In this document: piece by piece, positions 39,768 through 51,637 of the stretch
Position numbering within the stretch: the stretch's first letter is position 1
Layout of the letters: every line of letters begins with the position of its first letter
Source of the DNA: an uncultured Phycisphaerales bacterium
GTDB lineage: Bacteria; Planctomycetota; Phycisphaerae; Sedimentisphaerales; Anaerobacaceae
NCBI GenBank assembly: GCA_963772725.1
Contig: CAVYYI010000003.1
Coordinates: 512,001-576,000, forward strand
DNA length: 64,000 nucleotides
Direction of reading: 5' to 3'
The notes under the pieces: model-generated
What the model saw: only the letters and a program-made list of their open reading frames with translations
What the model was told of the DNA's origin: nothing
The model's database searches: none
Position numbers and translations under genes: made by a program

Positions 39768-40327
39768 TTCCGCTGACGGATTAGCCCTTTGCGTCCAGCC
39801 CGCCGCGATTTTGCTCCGCCGTTTACATGGCGACAGAGAATCTTATAATTTACCTTTAAACGCACCAGAATGACCTGGGTAGCGTTCTGAAAAGCGAGAT
39901 TGGTGTTTGTACCTGTCCTTTGCTCTTTACCGAATTTTTCTTGTAGGATGACCGCTGAAAATCTAAAGTGTATGAAGTAATCATCATCTTTGGCATATCA
40001 ACGCCTTACATGGAGCCGGGACCTTTGCACCTCCTATCCATCTTTCCATACCCCGGCTCTTCTTATTTTGGGATTCAACCAAGCTTCTACCAGAACCCTG
40101 ATGCCGAACAAATAGGGATACAAAAAGCCAATATTTTGCTCGGTTTTTCTTTTGCTTTATAGAAAAAATGGTGTATAATTGATTCAACTTTAGCACGGAG
40201 GCACATTTTAAGAAGAGTGAGCGAGATATGGAGGAAAGGTACACATCGTTAAACTGCTTATATTTTATTTCAGTATTTCTGCGCAAAAGGTGCGATTAAA
40301 ATATTAACAATTTTGAAGGATGGAAAA

Positions 40328-41248
40328 ATGAGGAAAAAATTAATCTTTCTCACAATTTTAGTATTGCTTACTACAGTTTTAATTTCGGGCTGTGTATCTA
40401 CTACTTCTATGAATATTGCATCTGCTAACCTTGTACGAGGAATCAACATTGATTTTGTAAATATCGGCCATGCGGGGAATGCGGCTGATACGCCAGTGCA
40501 GCATTATGGAAATACTGTGGTGCGGTAGGTTATAATTACCGTATCGGCAAGTACGATGTAACCAATGCTCAGTGGAACACTTTTATGGCCGCTGCCGGTG
40601 CTCCCACGGGCAATGACTTGTTATGCGAGTTACTTCATATTGGACTGGTGCTCAGCAGCCGGTCAATAATGTAAGCTGGTATGAAGCAGCCCAGTTCTGC
40701 AACTATCTGACCAGCGGCGACAAGAGCAAAGGTGCATATCAGTTCAGCGGCAACAATACTAATCCCGGCAGTTTTCTGGGTATAAATCGTGCCGCGGCTG
40801 AGGCGACTTACGGGACGATTTATGTCCTCCCGACCGAAGATGAATGGTACAAGGCGGCTTATTTCAAACCAGATGGCAGCGGCTATTCGCTCTATGCCAA
40901 TGGCACAAATACCGCCCCTATTGCCGAGCGCAATCGATATTATAGCATGCTACTCAGTCACCATGGAATGTAGGCACCGGTACGATGGAGCAGAACGGCA
41001 CTTTGATATGATGGGCAATGTCTGGCAATGGAACGAAACGCCGTTCAACAATGGTGTTCCCACTCGTGGCCTTCGCGGTGGGAATTATTCAGCCCGCGCA
41101 AGCCTCCTCCGGTCGTCTACCGGCCAGAACGACCACTCCCCGACCGGAGTGGCCAACATTTTCGGGTTTCGTGTTGCTTCAGTTCCCTGAACCCGCCACG
41201 CTTTTACTTCTCGGCCTCGGCGCAGTACTATTGAGAAGGAAACATTAA
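40328..41248 (+). CDS. FGE-sulfatase (SUMF1-like) domain PEP-CTERM protein (multiple frameshifts)
   Basis: IDFVNIGHAGNAAD, IGKYDVTNAQW, VSWYEAAQFCNYL, LPTEDEWYKAAY, DMMGNVWQW, GFRVASV-PEPATLLLLGLGAVLLRRKH. Confidence 0.85.
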
Positions 41249-41346
41249 CTATAATCATTCAGCCCTGTTTTCCCTTTGCTTATCTGAGCAGAAACCGATA
41301 GTATCTCACTAAACCAATTTCGGGTGAAAATTTGAGAGGTACAAAA

Positions 41347-42003
41347 ATGAGAAAGTTTTTTCAAATCGCAGCGTGGGTTATTGTAATAGGCGGAATTATT
41401 GTTGGGTGGCAGGTTTATACAAAGAACGAATCAAAAATCAAATCCACCGAATCAGCAAGAAAAGAAATCGCACACAAGGCAATAAAAGAAATCACACACA
41501 AGGCAATCATTGAATTAGCTGATAAGTATAATGCCGTAGTAGATTGGAGTGAGCCTTTAAGCAAAATAATGTCACCAGTTTACACGGTGGAAATTGAAAA
41601 CGCCTTGTTACTTAAGGACAGCCGACCTGTATTATTTCTTGCATCCGTAATAGATATAGAACGAAAAGAAAACGCATACATGGTGCGTTTCTCGAATGAC
41701 TTTGGAGAAGACCCGCAGATTGAATTTGCCCTCAACTGTTCTGATGAGCAGGTCAGAAAGATTACGCAGCAGCAAAGTGAGTCCAGAGAGTGGGAAAACT
41801 ACGCTGTGATTGCCGTCATAAATAAAGTTAAAAAAGTTAGATTTAATTTTGTAGCTATTACTGAAGGTAGTGAAGATAGTTACAGTGCCAGCATCAGATT
41901 GGAAAATTCAGACACATTCATAGCAACAGGGCATTGTTTAGACCTTGTATTTGTCGGCTCTTGTTATGATTTAAAAGACTTGTTGAAGGACAATAAAAAA
42001 TGA
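41347..42003 (+). CDS. Hypothetical membrane-anchored protein
   Basis: N-terminal TM, open frame, AT-rich. Confidence 0.7.
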   Translation: MRKFFQIAAWVIVIGGIIVGWQVYTKNESKIKSTESARKEIAHKAIKEITHKAIIELADKYNAVVDWSEPLSKIMSPVYTVEIENALLLKDSRPVLFLASVIDIERKENAYMVRFSNDFGEDPQIEFALNCSDEQVRKITQQQSESREWENYAVIAVINKVKKVRFNFVAITEGSEDSYSASIRLENSDTFIATGHCLDLVFVGSCYDLKDLLKDNKK

Positions 42004-42302
42004 ACACAATTGTTACTCATCTGCAAAAGTATTATGGTATTTATTTATTGATTATAGCTATACTATTTTTGATTTTGTGGTTTCCTAACAGGGCGGTTAA
42101 TAGATATGCAATCAGTGGTAGCTGGGAAGGTGGAGTAATAATATTAGATATCAGAACAGGTCAAGCTTATTTAAGGCTACCAAAGGCGGTGTATGACTTA
42201 GGGACAATTGATAAACCCAAATATGATAAAATGAAAAGGATATTAGGAGGAGGGTCGGCAGGAGCATCAAGCATAGAGGAAATGACTGATAGCAAACAAT
42301 AA
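42000..42302 (+). CDS. Hypothetical small membrane protein
   Basis: TM then RYAI...LDIRTGQ. ATGA overlap with the previous gene. Confidence 0.65.
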   Translation: MNTIVTHLQKYYGIYLLIIAILFLILWFPNRAVNRYAISGSWEGGVIILDIRTGQAYLRLPKAVYDLGTIDKPKYDKMKRILGGGSAGASSIEEMTDSKQ

Positions 42303-42325
42303 GATTGTAGAGGTTTGCTTATGGG

Positions 42326-42379
42326 TTACTTTTGTTGCTCGGCCTCGGTGCGGTGATATTGAGAAGGAAACACCGTTAA
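42326..42379 (+). pseudogene. Orphan PEP-CTERM tail remnant
   Basis: LLLLLGLGAVILRRKHR*, with DNA similar to 41201-41248. Confidence 0.65.
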
Positions 42380-42817
42380 GCCTGCCAATAGAATCTTTTA
42401 AACCCCCATAAAATGAAGGGTTTGGCACTAAGAATTGATTATCTGCTTCAGAGGGTTTAGGTAGCACCCTTCTTGAAACAAGGGCTAAAAATCCACTAAA
42501 GTGGCATTTATGCGAGGGATATAGTCGAGCAGCAAGTCCTGTAACGCCCAGTTGTGCAACATTTCCAAGCTTTTCAGTGCAGAGATAGCAGGACTTACGA
42601 TAATATTTCCCAACGGGGTGACATCTAAGCAATTCCCTTAGAGAGATTTAGGGTATTTTCCATATTTACCGGCACACCCAAAAATAATCTAATGCGTTCA
42701 TATAATCTGAGAAGATGCGAATATTTCAAAAATACGCGGAAGTCTTTCTAATTTTACGGTTTTCGGTAAATTCTGTGTTAACAGCGGTGTTAACAAGGCA
42801 AAGAACTGCAGATTTCT

Positions 42818-42879
42818 ACCGCAACCGAAGGGGACGGAGTATATTCATTCAAACTGACCGCTCCATTACTGTCGCGGCT
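42818..42879. repeat. REP-like imperfect palindrome
   Basis: CCGCAACCGAAGGGGACGG ... CCGCTCCATTACTGTCGCGG. Confidence 0.5.
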
Positions 42880-42896
42880 GTGATAGGAAAAATTTG

Positions 42897-43286
42897 ATGA
42901 ACGCAGCATTTTGGCCGATGGTGGTTTATTTTATCGCGGTTGTCGCCGTAGCTGTGTCTATGCTCGTAATATCATACCTGCTGGGCGAGCGTCATAAAGA
43001 AAGGGCGACAGGAGAGCCTTATGAATCTGGTATTACGGCAACCGGCTCGGCAAGAACGCCTTTTAATGTGAAATATTATCTTGTCGCGATGTTTTTTGTT
43101 ATCTTCGATGTCGAATCGATATTTATATTCGTCTGGGCGGCGGCGTTTCGCGAAGTACGTTGGGGGGGGTACTTCGCGATTTTGATTTTTATAGTCATTC
43201 TGGCCGTCGCCCTGATTTATCTTTGGCGAGTCGGCGCATTCGACTGGGGGCACACCGCCACCAAAAAAATGAAACGCAAAAGATAA
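42897..43286 (+). CDS. nuoA: NADH-quinone oxidoreductase subunit A
   Basis: [24 protein letters not shown]. Confidence 0.95.
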   Translation: MNAAFWPMVVYFIAVVAVAVSMLVISYLLGERHKERATGEPYESGITATGSARTPFNVKYYLVAMFFVIFDVESIFIFVWAAAFREVRWGGYFAILIFIVILAVALIYLWRVGAFDWGHTATKKMKRKR

Positions 43287-43288
43287 TT

Positions 43289-43926
43289 ATGGACAAACCT
43301 GCACAAAATACATCCGCTTCGAATCAAACTACCGGAGAAACATCATTAATAAAAGCTCTGGAGAAAACTGTTTTATTTACGCGTTTAAGTGAGCTTATCG
43401 CGTGGTCGCGGAAAAATTCGATATGGCCTTTCAATTTCGGTCTGTCGTGCTGCTATGTGGAGATGGCGACGAGCCTTACGAGCAAATACGATATCGCGCG
43501 GTTCGGCGCGGAGGTGATTCGCAGTACGCCGCGCGAGGCGGATATGATGGTGATCGCGGGGACGGTGTTTATAAAAATGGCGCCGGTTATTAAGCGGCTT
43601 TATGAGCAGATGATGGCGCCGCGGTGGGTGATTTCGATGGGGTCGTGTGCGAATTCGGGCGGGATGTACGATATTTACAGCGTTGTGCAGGGGGTGGATA
43701 AATTTCTGCGGGTGGATGTGTATGTGCCGGGCTGCCCGCCGCGGCCGGAGGCGTTTATGGAAGGGTATTGCTGCTTGCGGGATGCGGTCGGCACGGAGAA
43801 GCGGCCTTTGAGCTGGGTCGTGGGGCCGCAGGGTATATACAAGCCTGAGCATGCCGTGCCAGAGGGATATGAAAAGGCAGGAAAGGCAGAAGATCGTTAA
43901 GTTTACGTTCTCCCGATGAAGTTTAA
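43289..43926 (+). CDS. nuoB: NADH-quinone oxidoreductase subunit B (frameshifted tail)
   Basis: [29 protein letters not shown], tail LRSPDEV*. Confidence 0.95.
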
Positions 43927-43945
43927 TTCAGGTTAAATATTTGAA

Positions 43946-45714
43946 ATGAATAACAATCTAAACATCTTAGAAGCAGCTTCAAGAATAAATTCGGCGATGA
44001 GAACATCTCTGTACCAGCCGACAAAAGACGATGTCCGACGGTATGGGTTGAAAGCGGAGAATATTAAGAATGTTTTGCGATATTTGAAAATCAGATCGAG
44101 AAGCCTTACCGGATGCTTTATGACCTTACGGCCATCGATGAGCGGACGCGTAAGAATCGGACAGGCCAGCCGACAAGCGATTTTACGGTTGTTTATCAGC
44201 TTTTTTCGTTTGAGAGGAATGAGTATATCCGAATAAAGGTGCCGCTTGAGGGCGAACATCCTTCGATTCAAACAATAACCGACATCTGGCCGTGTGCGAA
44301 CTGGTATGAGCGCGAGGTCTGGGACATGTTCGGGATTAGGATTGACGGGCATCCGCATCTTAGAGCGGATTCTTATGCCGCCGTGGTGGAAAGGACATCC
44401 GCTTCGAAAGGACCATCCGGCGCGGGCGACGGATATGGAGCCGTTTACGCTGCCGGAGGAAGATGAAATCAGAAGAGCAGCAGCAACTTGAAATTTCAAT
44501 CCTGAGCGTGGGGGCTGAAACGTCACAGCGAAGATACAGAATTTATGTTTCTTAAATCTTGGCCCGCATCATCCCGGTACGCATGGGGTGCTTCGGATTG
44601 TTCTTCAGCTTGACGGCGAAGAGATAGTCGATGCTGTGCCGGATATCGGCTATCACCATCGCGGCGCGGAGAAAATGGGCGAGCGGCAGACGTGGCATAC
44701 ATATATTCCATACACCGACCGCATCGATTATCTCGGCGGGGTGATGAATAATCTGCCGTATGTGCTGGCGGTTGAAAAACTTGCGCGGAATAGAAGTGCC
44801 GCGACAGGGCAAAGGTGATCCGGGTGATGATGTGCGGAATTGTTCCGCATCGCAGTCCATCTTGGTGTGGTACGGGACATTTGCGCAGGATCTGGGGGCG
44901 ATGTCGCCGGTTTTTTATATGTTCAACGACCGCGAGCGGATACTTCGATATCATTGCAGGCGATCTGCGGCTGGCGAATGCATCCGGGCTGGTTTCGTAT
45001 CGGCGGCGTTGCGCAGGATTTGCCGAACGGCTGGGAAAAATGGTTACGCGATTTTCTCGACTATATGCCTGCCCGGATGAAAGAATACGATACGCTTGTG
45101 ATGCAGAACCGAATTTTCAAGATGCGCACAAAAGGCATCGGCGCATATACGTCTCGATGAGGCGATCGAGTGGGGAGTTACCGGGCCGGGATCTGCGGGC
45201 ATGCGGACTTGAATGGGATTTTCGCAAGAAGATGCCTTATCAGCGGCTATGAGCAGTTCGATTTTGAGATTCCGACGGCGACAAACGGCGACTGCTACGA
45301 CCGCGCGGTTGTGCGGGTCGAGGAGATACGCCAGAGCCTGCGCATAATACGGCAATGCGTTGATAATATGCCAGCGGGGCCGTTATAAATCCGACCATCC
45401 GCTGACAACGCCGCCGCTGAAAGAACATACGATGCAGGATATCGAAACGCTGATCACGCATTTTCTTAATGTGAGCTGGGGGCCGGTGATGCCGGCCGGC
45501 GAGGCGTTTTTCGGTATCGAGGGCACAAAGGGCAATAACGGCTATTATCTTGTCAGTGACGGCAATACTGTTTCGTATCGGACGCGCATTCGCACGCCGT
45601 CGTTTCCGCATATGCAGATGGCTGCCGGATATCAGCCGCGGGCTTACGGTTGCGGATTTGATAGCGATTCTGGGAAGTATTGATTTTGTGCTTGCGAGAT
45701 GTTGACCGTGATAA
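43946..45714 (+). CDS. nuoCD: Fused NADH-quinone oxidoreductase subunit C/D (heavily frameshifted, end approximate)
   Basis: [56 protein letters not shown]. Confidence 0.88.
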
Positions 45715-45726
45715 ACAAGATAAAAT

Positions 45727-46184
45727 ATGCTGACGCAGGAAGAACAAACTGAGATTGAGGCGGAGATTAGAAAGTATCTGTAAAAGCGGGCGGCTGCCCT
45801 GAGGCCTGAAGATTGTGCAGAGATATCGCGGCTGGATATCCGATAGACAGCTCTGGAGAGATGGCCGAGTATTTGGATATGACCGACGAGAACTTGACAG
45901 TGTCGCACGGCTACAATCTGATTTTCCGCAAGCGTCGGCAGGCATGTGATACTGATCTGCGACAGCGTGACTGCTGGATTATGGGATATGAAAAGATCAT
46001 GGAGCATTTCAAGAAGCGGCTGGGTATAGAGTTTGGTGAAACGACGGCCGACGGAAGATTTACACTTTTGCCGGTTGCTGTCTTGGGGCGTGCGATGAGG
46101 CGCCGGCGATGATGATTGATGATAAATTGTACGGCAATGTTGACACTGTCAGGAATTGATCGTATTCTCGAAAAATATAAATAG
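45727..46184 (+). CDS. nuoE: NADH-quinone oxidoreductase subunit E (frameshifted)
   Basis: ALKIVQRYRGW, ICDS..CWIMG, LGIEFGETTADGRFTLLP, CLGACDEAP. Confidence 0.85.
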
Positions 46185-46196
46185 CAAAAATATGTG

Positions 46197-47463
46197 ATGG
46201 AAAAACCGCTGACAAAGAATATACGGCCCGGACAGAGAGCCGCTGACTATCGAGGAATATGAAAAAACCGGCGGCTATCAGGCATTGCGCAAGGCACTGA
46301 GCATGTCGCCACAAGAGATCCAGCAGAAGGTGACGATTCGAATCTTCAAGGGCGCGGCGGAGCGGGTTTCCAGACGGGCCAAAAATGGAGCTTTGTGCCG
46401 ATGGGAAAGGATGCTCCGCATCCCAAATATCTTGTTGTCAACGCCGATGAGATGGAGCCGGGGACGTTCAAAGACCGGCTGCTGCTGGAAGGCGATCCGC
46501 ATTCGATCGTTGAAAGCGCAATCATCATCGCCTATGCCGTCGAGGCGGATGCGGCGTATATTTTTATGCGATGGGAATATCCGCTTGCCGCCGCAAAGAG
46601 TTGACAGGCGATTGCGGAGGCGTACGGAAGGATATCTGGGCAAAAATATTCTCGGGTCTCGGCTACAGTCTTGAAATGTATGTTCATACCAGTGCAGGGC
46701 GTTATATGTGCGGCGAAGAGAACAGGATGCTCGATGCCTGGAAGGCAAACGCGCCGATACCGCGAGCAAAGCCGCCTTATGCAGAACCTGCGGGCTGTGG
46801 GGCAAGCCGACAGTTGTCAATAATGTCGAAACCACTTGCAATGTGCCGCATATAATTAACAACGGGCCGGAGTGGTTCAAAAGCTGAGCCGACCGATGAG
46901 GGCGGAACAAAATTTACGGCGCAAGCGGAAGAGTGAAAAGGCCGGGCCTCTGGGAACTGCCGATGGGGACAACCGATCCGCGAAATACTCGAAGAATACG
47001 CCGGCGGGATGCAGGAGGGTATTGAATTTCGGGGATTGCTGCCCGGCGGAGCGTCGACCGATTTTCTGATTGAAGAGCATCTTGATATGCAGATGGATTT
47101 TGGTTCGATGCGGAAATCGGCAGCAGGCTCGGAACCGGCACAATGATCATTCTCGACGATAAGACTTGTCCGGTGGGCATGGTGAATAATCTGCGAAATT
47201 TTTTGCCCGCGAATCCTGCGGCTGGTGCACACCGTGCCGGGAAGGATTGCCATGGATTGCGAAAATTCTTGAAGGCAATGAAGACGGCAGGGCAAACTGA
47301 GCGATATCTGATATTCTGCAAGAACATACCTGGCTTCTTGGCCCCGGACATACATTTTGTGCGCTTGCGCCGGGGGCGATGGTCCCGCTTGCGAAGCGCA
47401 CTGAAATATTTTCGCGAAGATTTTGAAAAGCATATTACCGAACATCGATGTCCGTGGAGATAA
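46197..47463 (+). CDS. nuoF: NADH-quinone oxidoreductase subunit F (frameshifted)
   Basis: [47 protein letters not shown]. Confidence 0.88.
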
Positions 47464-47466
47464 TAG

Positions 47467-50156
47467 ATGCCGGTAATTTATGTAGAAAACAAACCGTACG
47501 AAGTGAAGGCGGGGCAGAACCTGCTGCATGCGTGCCTGTCGCTGGGGTTTGATATTCCGTATTTCTGCTGGCATCCGGCGATGCATTCGGTGGGGGCGTG
47601 CCGGATGTGTGCGGTAAAGCAGTTCAAGGATGAAAACGATACCAAAGGCAAAATCGTAATGTCGTGCATGACGCCGGCGGCGGACGGCATACGGATTTCG
47701 ATCGATGACCCTGATGCGGTGAAATTCCGAAAGAGTGTCATTGAATGGCTGATGATCAATCATCCGCACGATTGCCCCGTGTGCGATGAGGGCGGCGAAT
47801 GTCATCTGCAGGATATGACGCTGATGACCGGGCATATGTATCGGCGATACCGATTTAAAAAACGCACCCATCGCAATCAGAATCTCGGGCCGTTTGTCAG
47901 CGCATGAAATGAATCGCTGCATTCAGTGTTATCGCTGCGTGCGGTTTTATAACGATTATGCGGGCGGGCGGGATTTTGATGTTAATGACTGGCACGATAG
48001 TGTCTATTTCGGCAGGCATAAGGATGGCGTGCTTGAAAGTGAATTCAGCGGCAATCTTGTCGAGGTGTGCCCGACGGGCGTTTTTACGGATAAGACGCTT
48101 GCACGACATTATACCCGCAAGTGGGATTTGCAGACCGCGCCATCGGTTTGCGTGCATTGCGGGCTTGGCTGCAATACTATTCCCGGCGAGCGATACGGTA
48201 TGCTGCGCTGCATACGAAACCGATTCAATAGTCAGAAGTGAACGGATATTTTCTCTGCGACCGCGGGCGTTTTGGCTATGAATTTGTAAATAGTCAGCGG
48301 AGAATCAGAAAACCGCTTCGTCGTTATTGAAACTTGCGAAAAGAAAGATATTGTTGGTGAAATTGTGTCAGATTTTGAAAAATTCAGATCGAACAATAGG
48401 GATAGGCTCAACACGAGCATCTCTTGAATCAAATTTCGCCCTGCTTAAACTCGTTGGGACTGAAAATTTCTATATCGGCGCATCTCGAACAGAATCGCAA
48501 TTAGTTTCTATCATTATCAATATCCTTATGAGTTCACCTGTCCCTGCCGCTTCAATACACGATGTGGATTTGGCGGATGCGGTGCTGGTATTGGGAGAAG
48601 ATGTTCCCAATACGGCGCCGATGCTCGAATTGTCGCTGCGTAAAGCCACACTTCGCAAGCTTTCAGCATTAGCAAAAAAACTCAAGATAGAAGAATGGAA
48701 CGATGTTTTTTTCCGCGAAGTAACTCAACAGGAAAAAGGAGCTTTGTTTATAGCCACACCTGACAAAACCAGGCTTGATGACGCGGCGGCGATAAGTTAT
48801 CGAGCTGCGCCAGATGATTTGGCGCGATTAGGTTTTGCCGTGGCGCATGAACTTAACCCTGATGCGCCATCTGTGCCTGAATTAGCGGATGAGGTTCGAC
48901 GAATGGCGCAGAAACTTGCGGAGGAACTTAAAAATTCTGAGAATCCAATTATAGTTTCAGGAGTCAACAGCGACAGCCGTTCAGTCATCGAAGCATCTGC
49001 CAACATCGCGTATGCTCTGCATTCTATGAATAAAAAGCCCAAGCTGTGTTTTGCGGTGCCTTACTGTAACAGTATGGGTCTTGGGCTTATGGGCGGGCAA
49101 AGTATTGATTCGGTTAAAACCGGCTGATACGATTATTGTTTTGGAAAATGATGTTTATCGTTATCTCAATAGTGAAACAGCGGACAAACTTTTCAATGCC
49201 GCGAAAAATATTATTGTTATCGACCATCTGGAAAACGCAACTCTGTTAAAGGCCAATTATGTATTGCCAGCCGCGACTTTTGCTGAAGGCAGCGGGACGC
49301 TGATAAATAACGAGGGCAGGGCTCAGCGATTTTTTAAGGTTTTTTCGCCCACTGGTGACATCCAGGAAAGCTGGCGATGGATTAGTGATATAATGCGAGC
49401 ATCTGGTTCCTATCCGGAGACTTACAACTGGCAAAACCTCGATGGCATAATAAAGAGTTTGGCAGAAGAGATGCCGATTTTTAAAACCATCAGCGAGGCC
49501 GCGCCGTCGTCGGAGTTTAGAATAGCGGGGCAAAAAATACCCCGTCAGCCTAACCGTTACAGCGGGCGCACGGCAATGCACGCGGATATAAATGTCAATG
49601 AACCAAAGCCGCCGCAAGACTGCGATTCGCCGCTTTGTTTTTCGATGGAAGGTTACCGGGGACAGCCTGCTTCATCACTTATTGCGCGATTCTGGTCTCC
49701 TAAATGGAATTCGGTACAATCGGTCAACAAGTTTCAGCGTGAAGTCGGCGGGCAATTGTACGACGGAGACCCGGGAAAGCGACTTATTGAGCCGCGCAAT
49801 CGGCAGAGTGTAAATATTTTTCGCAGATTCCTGATTCTTTTCACGCAAAGGAAAAAGAACTGCTTGTTGTGCCCGCTTATCATGTTTTTGGCTCTGATGA
49901 ATTAAGTGTGTTATCACTTGGAATAACTGAATTGTCAGCGGCACCATATATCGCTGTAAATCCACAACATTCTGGTATCTTTAAAGGTCAAACGGTGGAG
50001 GTAACGCTTTCCGGTAAGTCTTATCAGCTGCCGGTAAAATTTTCGCAGGAGCTTGCGGTTGGTCTGGCGGCGATACCTGTTGGCTTACCTTCGCTTGCAG
50101 TGGGATGGTCAGCCCTTCTGGTACAAACTGGTTACGAGTTAAAATGCGTGAAATAA
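47467..50156 (+). CDS. nuoG: NADH-quinone oxidoreductase subunit G, long form (frameshifted, end approximate)
   Basis: [52 protein letters not shown]. Confidence 0.92.
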
Positions 50157-51094
50157 TAATACATCTGATTATTGTTTTCGGTGTGCTTGCCGTTATATTG
50201 TCGATAGCGGCGGGATTGATATGGTTTGAGCGGCGGCTTCTGGCGTTGTTTCAGGACCGCTACGGGCCAAATCGCGTGGGGCCATTCGGTTTGCTCCAGG
50301 TGCTTGCTGATATGATAAAAATCTTTATGAAGGAAGACTGGATTCCGCCTTTTGCGGACAAGTTTGTGTTCGTAACAGCCCCGGCGATAATAATTGTTAC
50401 GACACTTTTATCTTTCGCGATAGTTGTGTTTTCACCTCATATCACAGTAGCCGACCTCGGCATAGGTTTGCTTTTCTTTCTGGCTATGTCATCTCTTGGT
50501 GTGTACAGCGTTACACTGGCCGGCTGGTCGTCGAATAACAAATATTCGCTGCTGGGCGGTCTGCGTGCCGCGGCGCAGATGCTTAGCTATGAGGTATTTA
50601 TGGGCCTGTCGCTGATGGGGATAGTTATTTTGGCAGGCTCATTCAGAATTACCGATATTGTCGAAGCGCAGAAAGGTTTGTGGTTCTGTATCCCGCAGGC
50701 TGCCGGTTTTATAATTTTTTTCATCGCCGGAATAGCTGAAACTCATCGGCTTCCGTTTGACTTGCCCGAAGCGGAAAACGAACTAGTAGCCGGCTATCAC
50801 AGCGAATATTCCGGTATGAAGTTCGGAATGTTTTTTGTAGGCGAATATCTCGGCATTACACTTATATCGGCGTTGATAACAACCTTTTTCTTCGGCGGGT
50901 GGCTGGGGCCTGTTCTGCCGGGAATCGTATGGTTCTTTATAAAAACCTTTGTTTTTATAAGTATCTTTATCCTGATGCGGGCGTCTTTACCCCGGCCCCG
51001 TTACGACCAGCTTGATGTCATTGGGATGGAAAATCATACTGCCGCTTGCGCTTCTGAACCTGTTGTTACAGGCGCAATTGTGCTGGCTCGTTAG
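50144..51094 (+). CDS. nuoH: NADH-quinone oxidoreductase subunit H
   Basis: QDRYGPNRVG, AQMLSYEV, RLPFDLPEAENELVAG, PRPRYDQL. Confidence 0.95.
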   Translation: MREIIIHLIIVFGVLAVILSIAAGLIWFERRLLALFQDRYGPNRVGPFGLLQVLADMIKIFMKEDWIPPFADKFVFVTAPAIIIVTTLLSFAIVVFSPHITVADLGIGLLFFLAMSSLGVYSVTLAGWSSNNKYSLLGGLRAAAQMLSYEVFMGLSLMGIVILAGSFRITDIVEAQKGLWFCIPQAAGFIIFFIAGIAETHRLPFDLPEAENELVAGYHSEYSGMKFGMFFVGEYLGITLISALITTFFFGGWLGPVLPGIVWFFIKTFVFISIFILMRASLPRPRYDQLDVIGMENHTAACASEPVVTGAIVLAR

Positions 51095-51105
51095 GAGAAC
51101 TGAAT

Positions 51106-51632
51106 ATGTTAAGCGCAGTTAAGAGCGATGTGGCAATGTTCTGCTGCATACATTTCGAAGACGTGTCACAATTCAGTATCCTGAGCAAAAGCCGTCTCTG
51201 CCGCCGCGATGGCGAGGGCGAATAATTCTTTCACGCGACCCTGATGGCGGTGAGCGATGCGTAGGTTGTTATCTATGTGCAGTGGCGTGCCCTGTCGGAT
51301 GCATCGCTCTGCAGGCGACAGAAGATGAGCATGGACGGCGTTACCCGGAATTTTTCCGAATCAATTTTTCGCGGTGCATATTCTGCGGTTTTTGCGAAGA
51401 GGCCTGCCCCACTTACGCAATCCAGTTAATACCTGATTTCGAGATGGGGGAATATAAGCGGCAAAACCTGGTTTACGAAAAGGAGGACCTGCTCATAAGC
51501 GGCACAGGTAAGTATCCGGATTACAATTTTTACAAAGTGGCCGGTCTTGCAATTGATGGAAAAGACAAGGGCCAGGCTGAAAATGAACAGCCGCCGGTTG
51601 ATCCCCGCAGATCTTTTGCCCTGAAAAAATAA
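51106..51632 (+). CDS. nuoI: NADH-quinone oxidoreductase subunit I (5' frameshifts)
   Basis: [24 protein letters not shown]. Confidence 0.92.
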
Positions 51633-51637
51633 TTTAT

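Larger units (their letters stand above)
37807..42554. mobile_element. Degenerate genomic island integrated at tRNA-Val
   Basis: CAAGTCCTGTACCGCCCAGTTG (37807-37828) is repeated as CAAGTCCTGTAACGCCCAGTTG (42533-42554). Confidence 0.8.
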
